The notes under the pieces: generated by a model | Databases searched by the model: none | Told to the model about the DNA's origin: nothing | Seen by the model: only the letters and a program-made list of their open reading frames with translations | Position numbers and translations under genes: made by a program | Shown here: positions 13,590 to 25,074 of the stretch, in pieces | Numbering within the stretch: position 1 is the first letter of the stretch | How the letters are laid out: each line of letters begins with the position of its first letter | Assembly: GCF_006345805.1 (NCBI RefSeq) | Contig: NC_043006.1 | Span: forward strand, 3,968,001-4,032,000 | Source: Octopus sinensis | Lineage: Eukaryota | Length of the DNA: 64,000 nt | Direction: 5' to 3'

Positions 13590-14510
13590 GTTTGGTGACA
13601 ACAAATCTCCTCAAATCTCAAGAATCTTCCTTGGGGTTCTTGTAGAATATTGGATGATACTTTTCAGCAGGTTGACAAAGCAAGTTTTAATTGCAGTTTT
13701 TTTTTTTAGTGCTTTAGGTACCATGCTAAGTATTCCAATTTCCACAGAAATACTTATTGTCTTAGTCTTCCCCAGTCTCCTCAGCTCTCTAGCTAGATCC
13801 TGATGTTTCTCAGTAGCTTCCATTTCTCTAGTATCGATTCTGCTCTAATAGGATATTGCAAAGTCTATGAGCTTACATTTTTGTATTTCGTCCTCTATAG
13901 CCATGTCTGGTCTTCTTGCCTCAATAGTACGGTCAGTCTCTGTGGCGAAGTCTCACAAGTCCTAGTAATTCTCATTTTCTATCACAGCTTTAGTTCGTGT
14001 TCATATCACTTTTAGAAGGCACACTCAGCAATCACCCCAATGGACTCCTTTTGTGCTAGTATACTGCACTCACTTAAAGGGTGATTTATACATTTGTCTC
14101 CTTTCCTGCAGGATCTATATTTGCTGACTGAGTTCTGTTTATCTTTGCCTTTGTTCTTAGGGTTTATTCTTGAGTAACTCTAATTAGCGTTTTTGTTTCT
14201 CATTTCAACTTCCTGTTTGTCAACCAGAGCCAGTGTTCTTTAGTTCCAACATTGTCAGTTTGCTGTATGAATTAGCCACGTATTTCCATTTGTTTGTTCT
14301 GTTGTTCTTTTTCTTTTACAATTCTCCTACGGTTTCAGTTACGTTTTAGGTATCTCTGACTAACGATAATATTCTTCCTTTACTCTGCACACATAATTTT
14401 TCAGATCCAGTTTCGTAGTGTTAACAGTGTCTTCTGTGTTTAGTAATCCTCTGTCACCTTCCTTTCTTGATAGGTAGTCTATCGGTATTACTCTTATGGT
14501 GGTGTGGTTT
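13590..14510 (-). mobile_element. Decayed R4/Dong-like non-LTR retrotransposon (RT thumb to restriction-like endonuclease)
   Basis: Minus strand: HHHKSNTDRL (HPK.D.DRL-like), AVIENENY..DFATETDRTIEARRPDM..KLIDF, EKHQDLARELRRL..EIGILSMVPKAL, the REL endonuclease signature. Confidence 0.85.
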
Positions 14511-14607
14511 TCGGGGTCAATAAAATAAGTACCAGTTGAGTTCTGGGATCAATGAAATCGACTATCCCCCTCTCCAAATTTAAGGCCTTCTGCCTATAGA
14601 AGAAAGG

Positions 14608-14643
<36 letters not shown>

Positions 14644-14646
<3 letters not shown>

Positions 14647-14987
14647 TAGTTTTATTTTTATAGCGTGCTTTCACTTCACTACCGAGCGCAGCTCTGTGTG
14701 CCTTGGGTATGTGCTGTGATTTGTTGTGATGCTCTGATGGTTATTGTATGGAAAGTGTTCTGCGTAGGATGTGTGCAGTGCCCAGTAGTGCAATTTTCTG
14801 TATGTTATATGTGTTTGTAAGTCCTGGTGTTTTTGTTATGTATTTGTCTGAATATTTTTTTATCATGCCTAATGCACCTACTATGATAGGAATTGTTTCT
14901 GGTTTTAGATTCCACATTCTGGTTACCTCTATTTCCAGGTCTTTGTATTTTGAATGTTTCTCCATTTCTTTTAGAGACACGTTGTCT
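14644..14987 (-). mobile_element. Short 5'-truncated R4/Dong-like LINE 3' end embedded in (TAA)n
   Basis: KEMEKHSKYKDLEIEVTRMWNLKPETIPIIVGALGMIKK...QKIALLGTAHILRRTLS*, a ~100-bp 3' UTR, and ATT repeats on both sides (14608-14643 and from 14988). Confidence 0.9.
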
Positions 14988-15030
14988 ATTATTATTACTA
15001 TTATTATTATTATCATTGTTGTTGTTATTG

Positions 15031-15064
<34 letters not shown>

Positions 15065-15113
15065 CATTGTTGTTGTTGTTGTTGTTATTATTATTATCAT
15101 TATTATCATTAAA

Positions 15114-15483
15114 AGCGGCGAGCTAGCAGAATCGTTAGCACGCTGGGCAAAATGCTTAGCGGCATTTCCTCCGTCTTTACGCTTTGAGGTCAAATTCCGA
15201 CAACGACGATTTTGTCTTTCATCCACTAGCGTAGCCAGAGTGTGTCCCGTCCGAGGCGGCCCTTCTATTTTCCGCCCCGGACCCTGAATCCCACAAAAAA
15301 CTTATACTGCCTACAGCAGACCCAAAAGTGGTGCCCTTTTAAAAGTGCCGCCCGGGGGGGGGGGGCGCTCTGCCTCCTCCCCAGATACGCTAGTGCTTTC
15401 ATCACCAGTTGAGCAATGGGATCGATGTAATTGACTTACCGCCTTACCCGAAAGTGCTGGCCTTGTGCCATAATTCGAAACCA
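15114..15483 (+). mobile_element. SINE family A copy interrupted by a hAT MITE
   Basis: Head GCGGCGAGCTAGCAGAATCGTTAGC...GTCAAATTCC to 15223; tail ACCAGTTGAGC...GGCCTTGTGCC...GAAACC resumes after 15395. Confidence 0.75.
15224..15395. mobile_element. GC-rich hAT-type MITE
   Basis: TIRs CACTAGCGTA / TACGCTAGTG and an exact 8-bp TSD CTTTCATC (15216-15223 and 15396-15403); an 8-bp TSD is characteristic of hAT elements. Confidence 0.8.
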
Positions 15484-15529
15484 TTATTATTGCTGTTGTT
15501 GTTGTTGTTGTTGCTACTGCGTTGATCAA

Positions 15530-15915
15530 TAATAGTAGAGATGGACGGAACGTGTCTAAGAATCCTCTTTAGTCTTGTGTTCAGACGACGGGATGTCTTG
15601 AATCCATATGAGAACCTTGTCGTATACACCCTGAAGACTGCCATGAAACTTCTTCATTAGTTCACGTTTCAGCTTCTATACAAAAGAATGTTCGCTAAAT
15701 AAGTTCAAGAAAAACAACTCTCGTTCATTTCGAAATACTTGATTGCCAGATGTTTTGGATCTTGTTACGGCCACTCCAGGCGTTGCTTGTCAGGAAGTCT
15801 TTCTTATTCACAGCACTATTGGACCAAACGTACTTGAAGTCGTTGCTCTCCTTGAGTTGTTTACCATCGTTGCAGCAAATTGGCAGGTGGCTTTCAGCTT
15901 CTACAATGGCCATAT
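15530..15915 (-). mobile_element. Decayed RTE-clade LINE fragment (RT C-terminal region)
   Basis: Minus strand: DGKQLKESNDFKYVWS...AWSGRNKIQNIWQS, then LLY-like, ETWT-like and YTTRFSYGF segments in RTE order. Confidence 0.7.
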
Positions 15916-15954
15916 ATTATTTAAACATTTTTGTATTGAGAAAAAAATATGTGC

Positions 15955-16140
15955 ATGAGCGTATGAGTGTATATAACATACACTTGATAAGAGGTTTTCT
16001 CTCCAACCACATGGTTCTGGGTTCAGTCCCACGACATGGCGCCTTGGGCACGTGTCTTCTACTATACTCCAGGTTGATCAAAACCTTGTGAGTGCATTTC
16101 GTAGATGGAAACTAAAAGCCTGTAGCATATGTGTGTATGT
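15955..16140 (+). mobile_element. SINE family B 5' portion
   Basis: CCAACCACATGGTTCTGGGTTCAGTCCCAC..GGCGCCTTGGGCACGTGTCTTCTACTATA...CCTTGTGAGTG matches the family B head and body. Confidence 0.7.
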
Positions 16141-16248
16141 GTGTGTGTGTATGTGTCTATAAACATGGACAACATGTGATCTCTTGAGCACCACCAGCTC
16201 AAATATTTTTTCCTCTGTCTTCCTTTCTTGGGATCTTTCCTTCTCCTT

Positions 16249-16283
16249 GTTTCCGACGAAGAGTTCCGTTCGAAACGTTAAAT
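16249..16283 (+). ncRNA. Minimal type I hammerhead-like motif (U4C core, extra A) in a small unclassified repeat
   Basis: GTTT-CCGACGA-A-GAGT-TCC-GTTC-GAAA-CG-T-T-AAAT: 4-bp stem I, 4-bp stem II with two GU pairs, palindromic ACGT stem III. Confidence 0.45.
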
Positions 16284-16385
16284 TCTCCTTCCCTTCTTTC
16301 CTGATCGTCAATAATACTTTAATTGTTCCACGTCCTGCGTTGCTGTGTTTTTTCTCTTTTTTTCTGTGTTTTCTTGTTTGGATTA

Positions 16386-16443
<58 letters not shown>

Positions 16444-16539
16444 TTTCCTTTTTGTATCTGGTTTGCAAGATTCTTACGTGAATTCGTGTGTTGAAACAAA
16501 TTTTGTTGTGTCAAGGGAGAGTCATCATATCAATATAAT

Positions 16540-16577
<38 letters not shown>

Positions 16578-17310
16578 GTTTAATCCCAAGACCGAGAAGA
16601 TTGCAATGATTCGGATATTTAATAAATGAGTGGAATTGAATTGGTGTGTGTTAATTATATCGGCATAATGACTCTCCCTAGACATAAAAAATACGTGTGT
16701 GTGTATGTGCTCACGCGCATGTGTTAGTATGTGCACATGCGTGAGAGAGACGACAGTATTCCTATACATATTCGTATACGTATGTATTAGTGTGTATGCA
16801 GCAAGCATATCTATGTATGTAAATGTAACTATACCAATGACTAAGTATCACCTATACGTGTGTGCGCGCGTGTGTATGCGAGAGAGAGAGAGAGAGAGAG
16901 AGTGAGAGGGAGTATCTCTACTTCCTGCATGTGTCTATGAAAGCACGTGAAGGTATGTCGTTTTCACGCCAAATAAACCCATTGAAAAGGAACAAGAGTC
17001 TGTTCAGAAGCAGAGACGTTCGACACAACAATAAGCGTACATCCAACAAAGAACAGCTTGAAAGGTTCTGTCAGTCCGTTTCAGCGTTCATTGACTGCTT
17101 ATTGTTGACAACGACTCTATTATAGCACAGTCGACTAACGTCTAAAATGGAGTGTAACAACGGCAACATGCTTAGACGCTATTAATACAGTTTAAAAATA
17201 CCCAGAACAATACCTGCATATGTATAAATACCTATCTACATATCTACGAAAGTATGAATATATACATACATAAATAAGTGTGTGAGTATACACAAACACA
17301 CACACACACA

Positions 17311-17345
<35 letters not shown>

Positions 17346-17533
17346 TTTACTAAACAAAAGTACTCTGTCAAGTGAGAGATAAATATCAATTAATGTTCAC
17401 TAAGAGCTACTAATAGTACATTTTTTTTATTATTATTAAGTCACGTGGTTAGGCATGTTACAAATTCCTGCCTATCCACGTATCTTAATGACAAGAAACT
17501 ATTAGTAGCTTATATATATATATGTGTGTGTGT

Positions 17534-17765
17534 ATTTCCTTATTGTCCACAGAGGAGCTAAACATAGGGGAGACAAGCAAGTACAGACAAAGGGGTTAAG
17601 TCGATTACATCGACCCCAGTGCGTAACTGGTACTTGTTTAATCGACCCCGAAAGGACGAAAGGCAAAGTCGACCTCGGCGGAATTTGAACTCAGAACGTA
17701 ACGGCATACGAAACACGGCTACGCATTTCGCCCGGCGTGTTAACGTTTCTGCTAGCTTGCCGCCT
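17534..17765 (-). mobile_element. SINE family A, near full length
   Basis: Near-colinear reverse complement of the 41550-41780 copy. Confidence 0.9.
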
Positions 17766-17880
17766 TTATGTATATATATATATATGTGTGTGTGTAGAAG
17801 TTTGAAAAGGAACACATGAGTTGATATATATGGAAAAAAAAGTCAAGGTAGAAAATGCTAAAATAATTTTATAAAAATAC

Positions 17881-17925
17881 ACTTCGGTACCGGTTTCAGT
17901 CATTGAGACTTTTTCAACTGTAAGT
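17881..17925 (-). ncRNA. Minimal type I hammerhead-like motif with U3-A8 core
   Basis: Minus strand ACTTACAG-TTGAAAA-AGTC-TCAAT-GACT-GAAA-CCGG-T-A-CCGAAGT: perfect 4-bp stem II, palindromic ACCGGT stem III, GUA triplet; stem I is imperfect. Confidence 0.5.
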
Positions 17926-18204
17926 ATGGAAAACAATAAAATTTTTGAAAAATTAAAAGAAAGGTTTTTTAAAAGAATATTTGTATAGTATTCAAATACA
18001 AGGGGCATTTTCCTTGTTTCTGCCTGTCTCTGTCTCCCTTGTTTACACTTGTGGGTACGAAGACGTTCTGAATACTTGGTGGGGAAGAAGAAGAAGAAGA
18101 AGAAGAAGAAGAAGAAGAAGAAGAAGAAGGACGAGAACGTAACACCCGTGATGGTCGAGGTGATTACTATGTGTGTGTGTGTGTGTGTTACACACACATA
18201 CACA

Positions 18205-18440
18205 CAGTTACCACCTCGACTATTACGGGTGTTACGTTCCAAAACCCCCGCGATAGGTGAAAATCCGTGAAGTAGAAACAGTAATGTAATGTACATCTTT
18301 TATAATTATTTTTATATTTGCATATTTTTATTTTATTATAGATGCAAAACAATTCCACAGAGGAGTCGATGTAAGCTTAAATAATAAACCGCGAGAGATG
18401 AACCGCGATAGGTGAACCTCGATGTGACGTGGGATTACTG
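18205..18440. mobile_element. Tigger/pogo-like MITE
   Basis: Ends CAGTTACCACCTCGAC... and ...CGTGGGATTACTG followed by TA; CCCCCGCGATAGGTGAA and its reverse complement TTCACCTATCGCGG occur near the two ends. Confidence 0.6.
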
Positions 18441-18452
18441 TATATATATATA

Positions 18453-18501
<49 letters not shown>

Positions 18502-18520
18502 GTGTGTGTGTGTGTGTGTG

Positions 18521-18561
<41 letters not shown>

Positions 18562-19293
18562 GTCTGTGTATGTGTGTGTGTTTATGTGTATATGTATGAA
18601 TACACAATACAATCATACAAATCCAACACACGTATGCACACACTCACACACACACACACACACACACATTTATGCTTCCGTTTACAGTCGAAAAGAAAGA
18701 ACTCAGTACGTTGTGCAAAGCATAATTTTTTTATATTTAAATTTTTATATATTTTATTTTATATTTCATTTATATCTTAATTTATATTTTATTTTATGCA
18801 TTTATTTATTCTTATAAACCAGGACCCATTATATGATTGATTCAGCCGCCTGGAGGTTGATGCTTTCAGGCAAACATCGACACTACACAATATTCTGCTG
18901 ATTCAGTCTTTCTCAAGAAACGGTAACTTATACAAGACATTCTATAATACGATGAGCAGTCTTTGCAATTATCGTCTACGAGATTCTTGTGAAAGTCTTT
19001 TATATTTCCTTGTTGAAACCAGCTTCATCTTATATAAATTATAAGTACAATTAAAATTTGAATATATATACATTAGGAATGTATACAAGATGAACGTCCC
19101 AAACTTCGAAGTCACTGTCGACATTAGCCTTGTTTAAAAATAATAAATTTCTTCTCTATAATAATATAGAGTTATCCATCAGATTAATACAACATTGTCT
19201 TTGTTAAAACTAAACAATAAAACAAACGTGTGTGTGTGTGTGTTTATAATCGTGTATTTAGAGTAAAAGTATATTTTAAGAACTTGTGTAAGG

Positions 19294-19329
<36 letters not shown>

Positions 19330-19538
19330 GAACCATGGTTCGAAGTTTTAGTGACATAGTATAGAAAATTCTTCTATATATAACAGGGGAAGTCACGAAG
19401 TATATTCTTTGACTTCCTTAGTCACACGAATAAGCACGAATGTTCTCGATGTTCGTATTAACAAGCATTCATTCATTGTGTGTGTGTGTGTGTGTGTGTG
19501 TGCGTGCATGTTTGTGTATGTAACTACATATACATACA

Positions 19539-19653
<115 letters not shown>

Positions 19654-19839
19654 ATGTACGTACGTACGTATGTATGTATGTATGTATGTATGTATGTATG
19701 TATGTATACTCGGTATGCCTCACCCAACTCCAAGAAAAAATTATATACACATCGAACCATTTTAAAGTAAGCATTTATTAAAATTCATTTTATTTTCAAA
19801 ATTTAATAGAATCTAAAGATACATTTCTTTTCTTTTTTT

Positions 19840-20570
19840 ATGAGTTCCAGTTTTGAAACTGATTACTCTTCTGGTCCAAAAACTGTAATGGAATTTCAAG
19901 TATCAAGAACCATTTCCTTCGGTATTTGTTCGCATTTTCGTTCAAAAGTTTCCCTTAATTCGTCGACGGATTTGTACCGTAGATTACATATTTTTTTTTA
20001 TAGCCATAAAATGTGTTTACTGCTGTGAGGTCCGGTAAATACAGAAGGTGTTTTACGGAACATCTTCAACTGGACCACTTGTTTGACACTATTTCATCAA
20101 CGAAGATCCCTATGTTGGAATGAGTGCGTGCCCCTAGCTTGCTGGAAATAAAGCATTTTCAAATACACATCTTCAAAGTCTTCTTGTGTATAGCAAGTTC
20201 AAGAAATGGTACGAGTCGCAATGTCACCAAAAGGAATGGCTCGATTGAATCTTTTTTCATGAGCGACGCCATGTTATAATTCATGGCAAAGACACATGAA
20301 TTTCCCATGTAATATACGATTTTTTAGGTTCCCAGTAGGTACAGCTGTGGTGGTTAACTGGACTGCATCGCTTTAAATAATCTTTGTTGGAAAGTGTGCA
20401 AAAGAATAAAAGAATGTTCACATCTGGCTAAGGACCTCTCACAAAACTCCACTCTTTGATTTGGATCATATCCATTGAAATCATAGACTATTCTGGGAAT
20501 GTAATCTTTCCTAAGACAATGAATTTCCTGTCCATAACACGCTTGCCACACAGATATTTTGAACACTGAC
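19840..20570 (-). mobile_element. Decayed Tc1/mariner-superfamily transposase
   Basis: Minus strand: YDPNQRVEFCE, YFQQA..H, a PDLT-like segment and KSVDELRETFERKCEQIPKEMV, in DDD-transposase order with frameshifts. Confidence 0.65.
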
Positions 20571-20592
20571 AATACGTTTCTAGAATTGGAAA

Positions 20593-20945
20593 GGGGCGCA
20601 TAGCTTAGTGGTTAGGGTGCTTATCCTTGTGTCCTCTCTTTGTTTTCTATTACCATTCTATACTTGTATAACATTGTGTTCTGGGCCATGCGTATACTGA
20701 GTTCTACACCACGTTATTAATCTCATATTAAAATCGTGATCTTAAGATTGTGGTTTCGATTCTTGGACCGAGTGAGGCATTGCATTCTTGAGCAAAACAC
20801 TTCATTTCACGTTACCCCAGTCCACTCGGGGAAAATGAGTAATCCTGCGACGGAACGGCGTCCTATCCAGGTGGGGAATTTATACACCATGAAACAGGGA
20901 AACCAGGAAACCAGCCCTTTATGAGTTGGCACGACACGAGAAGAA
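20593..20945 (+). mobile_element. tRNA-derived SINE (third family) split by a ~110-bp insertion
   Basis: A-box-like head GGGGCGCATAGCTTAGTGGTTAGGG at 20593; B-box GGTTTCGATTC and CTTGAGCAAAACACTTCATTTCACG...CCAGTCCACTC from ~20734. Confidence 0.55.
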
Positions 20946-21828
20946 AGGGTTTTTTAAGAGACTCGTTCATGGGCGCGAACTTCTGGAATGTTTCTTGTAA
21001 ATATTGTTTCACCTGCTGCAAACTCTTTTAATTCGATTGAAGGTAAGTCGCGGAGGAGGATCCTTTTGGGGAAAATTGTCCTAAACTATTTGCATTTGCC
21101 TTCGACTGCATTTCAGACTTCAAATAGCACATTAGGTTGCGCTTCCTTTGTTCAAAAGTTCAGTCTGACTTCACTTTTTCTAATAAGTTTAATCTAAAAT
21201 AAAATGAAAATAAGTTATTTATACATTTTGGGGACGCACTCAGCATATATGTGTGTGTGTGTGTTTGTGTATGTGTATGTATTCTTTTAGATTGTAGCCA
21301 AGTTGGGGCACCACTTTGAAAAGTTTTAGTCGAACAAATCTACACCAGGACTTATCTATCTGTTTCTTTCATCGAACAGCTAGGTTACGAGGACGTAAAC
21401 GCACCACCACCGGTTGTCAAGCGGTGATGAGGGAACACACATAGACACGAATACACTCACAAGGTTTGGGTCAGCCCAACACATGTATGAATGCTTGTAA
21501 GTATGTATGTATGTATGTAAAGTATGTATGTATATGTGTGGGTATAGGGTTGGCTTGGGGTGGGGTTGACAGGCGAAGTGAAAGTGATTGTGAAGGAGCA
21601 ATATAACAATGCACGATTGTTGTATTTCATCAGAAAAGGATTTGAATGCGTCATTTGTGATGCAGTCTATGTTAAGTAGCACGTGAGTACTATAGAGGTA
21701 GAGTTACTCAATCAACATGTGAAATTTGAACCACCGATGTCCATTGCAAAAACTTGTGCCTCCTTCAACTGCATATGAATGTGTGTGTGTATGTGTAAAT
21801 ATTTTATAATTATATACATAGTTATAAC

Positions 21829-22315
21829 AAGAAATAGACGCTTCTTGTTTTACTGCCTTAAAATCTCCGAGAATAACACACTTTATTGTGGGTAAGCAAA
21901 AGAAAAATAATGAATGAATAAAGCCGGTCAAATATGGACGCGTTTCGAACTTAAAGTAAAAAATAATTTTACTTACTGTTACGCTTCAGCATAATATTTC
22001 GTATAAGTTCACGAGTGTTTCAAAATATGCACGCAATCATCGTGTATCCAATTTCTATCCACACTCGTAAAAATATACTGCCGAGTATAATTCATATCTT
22101 TCTTTTATACCCACGTGTGTGTTAAGATCTAGACCGCAGTAAATGCAGTTTCGATCATGGAGTGAATATATTCAAATATTATTTTAAGTATAAATGGTAA
22201 AATCAATAAAATTTACGGCCTTATTGATTCATTATTTTTCTGTTGCTTGTCTGCAATAAAGATTGTTATTCTCGGGGATTTTAAGGCAATAAAAAAACTT
22301 TAGCGTCTATTTCTT
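21829..22315. repeat. Inverted-repeat element (~100-bp diverged arms) with an internal hammerhead-like remnant
   Basis: AAGAAATAGACGCT...CCTTAAAATCTCCGAGAATAAC...GAAAAATAATGAAT (21829-21930) matches the reverse complement of 22210-22315. Minus-strand TATG-CTGAAGC-...-GTTC-GAAA-CGCG-TC-CATA lies at 21933-21993. Confidence 0.75.
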
Positions 22316-22516
22316 ACGGTGCGTGGTGAGGCATAAAGCGGACCCCTTGTTATAATTATGTATATAATAATAAAATATTTTGGGATTTTGCAGAGGCTCA
22401 AAATTGGTAACACAAACAGGACATATATGTATAATACTTTTTCCTACCTTGTGATAGAACCTTCCATGGCCATCAACATAAACTTTCTCACTCATAACGC
22501 TTGTACGTTCTGAAAA

Positions 22517-22863
22517 TATATCTTTCCCAAATAAAGCTTACTTCATATTCAAGGCTCTGAAGAAGCTATATGATGTTATCCTGGTACTGAACTAAGAGTC
22601 CACCACATCTTATAGAAGAAACAACAATAAGCCAATGAAGCTCATTACATAACATTTGGTTTATTCCTCGGTTCCTCTCTTTGTTTTCTATTACCATTCT
22701 ATCCATCTATCTATCTGGCTATGTGGTAAGAAGTTTGCTTTGAAACCACATAGTCTGGGTTCAGTTCCACTGCGTGGCACCTTGAGCAAGTGTCTTCGAT
22801 AGCCTCGGGCCGACCATATCTTTGTGAGTTGATTTGGTAGACGGAAACTAAAAGAAGCACGTC

Positions 22864-22914
<51 letters not shown>

Positions 22915-23010
22915 TATAAGAAGCACGCCGTATATATAAATACCAGGATGACATCATATAGCTTGTTCAGAGCCTTGAATATGAAGTTAGCTTTTTTTGG
23001 GAAAGATATA
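22517..23010. repeat. Inverted-repeat pair (70-bp arms) enclosing a SINE family B copy (~22712-22865)
   Basis: TATATCTTTCCCAAA...CTTCATATTCAAGGCTCTGAAGAAGCTATATGATG.TATCCTGGTA (22517-22586) matches the reverse complement of 22941-23010. Confidence 0.8.
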
Positions 23011-23587
23011 GCTTAGCGGTTCGATAAAAGAGGGTCAGAGCCCAAGTGCCATGCCAAGCTAAAACAAATGTATGTGCCAGGACGGCGATCCAGTATGAAT
23101 GCAGGTCAATAACTGAAGCAAGTAAAAGGTATGTGTGAGTATTTGTGTGTGTGTGTCTTTGCATGACAGTGTGTGTGTGCGTGCGCGTAATATCTCTTTA
23201 AGCCGGAGGTTAGAAGAATAAGCCGTCCTGCTAGCGCTAAGTGACTGCGAAATTATGCTGTTGAAATGAAACTGTACAGATTAATTAGCAAAAGATTGAA
23301 GACAGTTTTGCATTATCTAATTTCAGAATAAGCAAAAAGACAATTAAAAATGTAAATGAAGTAGCGGTAGGCGCTATGATGTGTAATCGATAACGTTGTT
23401 GCTAGGTAAAGGAGCAGGTACGTGGATCAAATCCCATTAGCAATCTCAGTTTCTTTGGTTTTGTTTTGTTTCTTCCTTCTGTTTCACTTTGCTGCTAATT
23501 ATAACAATATGTCACATTGAAACAAACGATTCTTTGTACATATGTGTGTGTCTATTTTTTATGGCTGTGTGAACGTTTATGTGTGTA

Positions 23588-23620
<33 letters not shown>

Positions 23621-24308
23621 GATATATATATATATATATAAATATATAAGAAGCACGCCGTATATATAAATACCAGGATGACATCATATAGCTTGTTCAG
23701 AGCCTTGAATATGAAGTTAGCTTTTTTGGGGAAAGATATAGCTTAGCGGTTCGATAAAAGAGGGTCAGAGCCCAAGTGCCATGCCAAGCTAAAACAAATG
23801 TATGTGCCAGGACGGCGATCCAGTATGAATGCAGGTCAATAACTGAAGCAAGTAAAAGGTATGTGTGAGTATTTGTGTGTGTGTGTCTTTACATGACAGT
23901 GTGTGTGTGCGTGCGCGTAATACCTCTTTAAGCCGGAGGTTAGAAGAATAAGCCGTCCTGCTAGCGCTAAGTGACTGCGAAATTATGCTGTTGAAATGAA
24001 ACTGTACAGATTAATTAGCAAAAGATTGAAGACAGTTTTGCATTATCTAATTTCAGAATAAGCAAAAAGACAATTAAAAATGTAAATGAAGTAGCGGTAG
24101 GCGCTATGATGTGTAATCGATAACGTTGTTGCTAGGTAAAGGAGCAGGTACGTGGATCAAATCCCATTAGCAAATCTCAGTTTCTTTGGTTTTGTTTTGT
24201 TTCTTCCTTCTGTTTCACTTTGCTGCTAATTATAACAATATGTCACATTGAAACAAACGATTCTTTGTACATATGTGTGTGTCTATTTTTTATGGCTGTG
24301 TGAACGTT

Positions 24309-24321
<13 letters not shown>
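22911..24321. repeat. Tandem duplication of ~680 bp (22911-23590 and 23641-24321), junction in (TA)n
   Basis: Copies are colinear at offset 730-731. I counted three substitutions and one 1-nt indel. Confidence 0.95.
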
Positions 24322-24340
<19 letters not shown>

Positions 24341-25074
24341 GGTGAGAAAGTTGGTGTGTGTGTATATATATATGTGCGTGTGTGTGCGTGTGTGTGTGTG
24401 TGTGCGCGCGTATGTGTGTATTTACTTATTTATCTGTTTATGTCTCGGTGATGTATGTATTTTGTGTTTATATCTGTGTATGTAATGTGGATATGTTTAT
24501 ATTTGTATCTAAGTATGTGTATATATGAAAATATACGGTGTGTATATACGGCGTGTATTTATGTTTGTGTGTATGTATATGCAGATTCGTGTTTATGTTT
24601 GTGTATATATGTATGCTTATGTGAACGTGCGTATGTTCGTATGTATGCGTATGCATATAGGTGGATGCATATATTATCAGATGTCACTTTTGGCTTGGCT
24701 GTTGAAATGTACATTAATTTATGTAGTTGTTTCTATCCGGTAACCAGTGACACCAGTCGAACACACCTATCAACAACTAGTTCATATGTCATCTTAACCT
24801 GCGTGACAAGTGGCTCGCATGAAATTCTTTACACACTTCTGGTTTTGTGTATCCTATTTTATTCCGGAATCTTCGAATACCATATAAGGAGAGAACAAAA
24901 TACATGAATATATAAAGAGTGAATATATTCAACGTGCCTTATTATAAAGCTGTGAACGTCCGTGAAAGGGAAGTGTGAATGACGTATGTATAACTAAGAC
25001 AATTGCCAACTAAAATCGGTGAAGTGTTCGGCTTAGAATAGGAAACTGGAACTTGAACCCGAATCGAAAAGTTT

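Noticed and set aside
18830-19050. Possible Penelope RT N-terminal remnant
   Set aside because: Similarity is limited to a basic KYKRLS stretch; not diagnostic.
21560-21635. Minus-strand CTGATGA followed by a hairpin
   Set aside because: No GAAA after the stem, so not a hammerhead.
22307-22495. ORF SEKVYVDGHGRFYHKVG as a Helitron Rep fragment
   Set aside because: Superficial resemblance only; the DNA instead resembles the unclassified repeat near 6500.
22551-22580. CTGAAGAAGCTATA as a hammerhead core
   Set aside because: No matching TATAGC-GAAA downstream.
23373-23442. tRNA-like sequence (duplicated near 24103-24172)
   Set aside because: Acceptor stem has a deletion, the T-loop reads ATCAAAT and no clean anticodon arm forms; at most a decayed tRNA or SINE head, not a functional tRNA.
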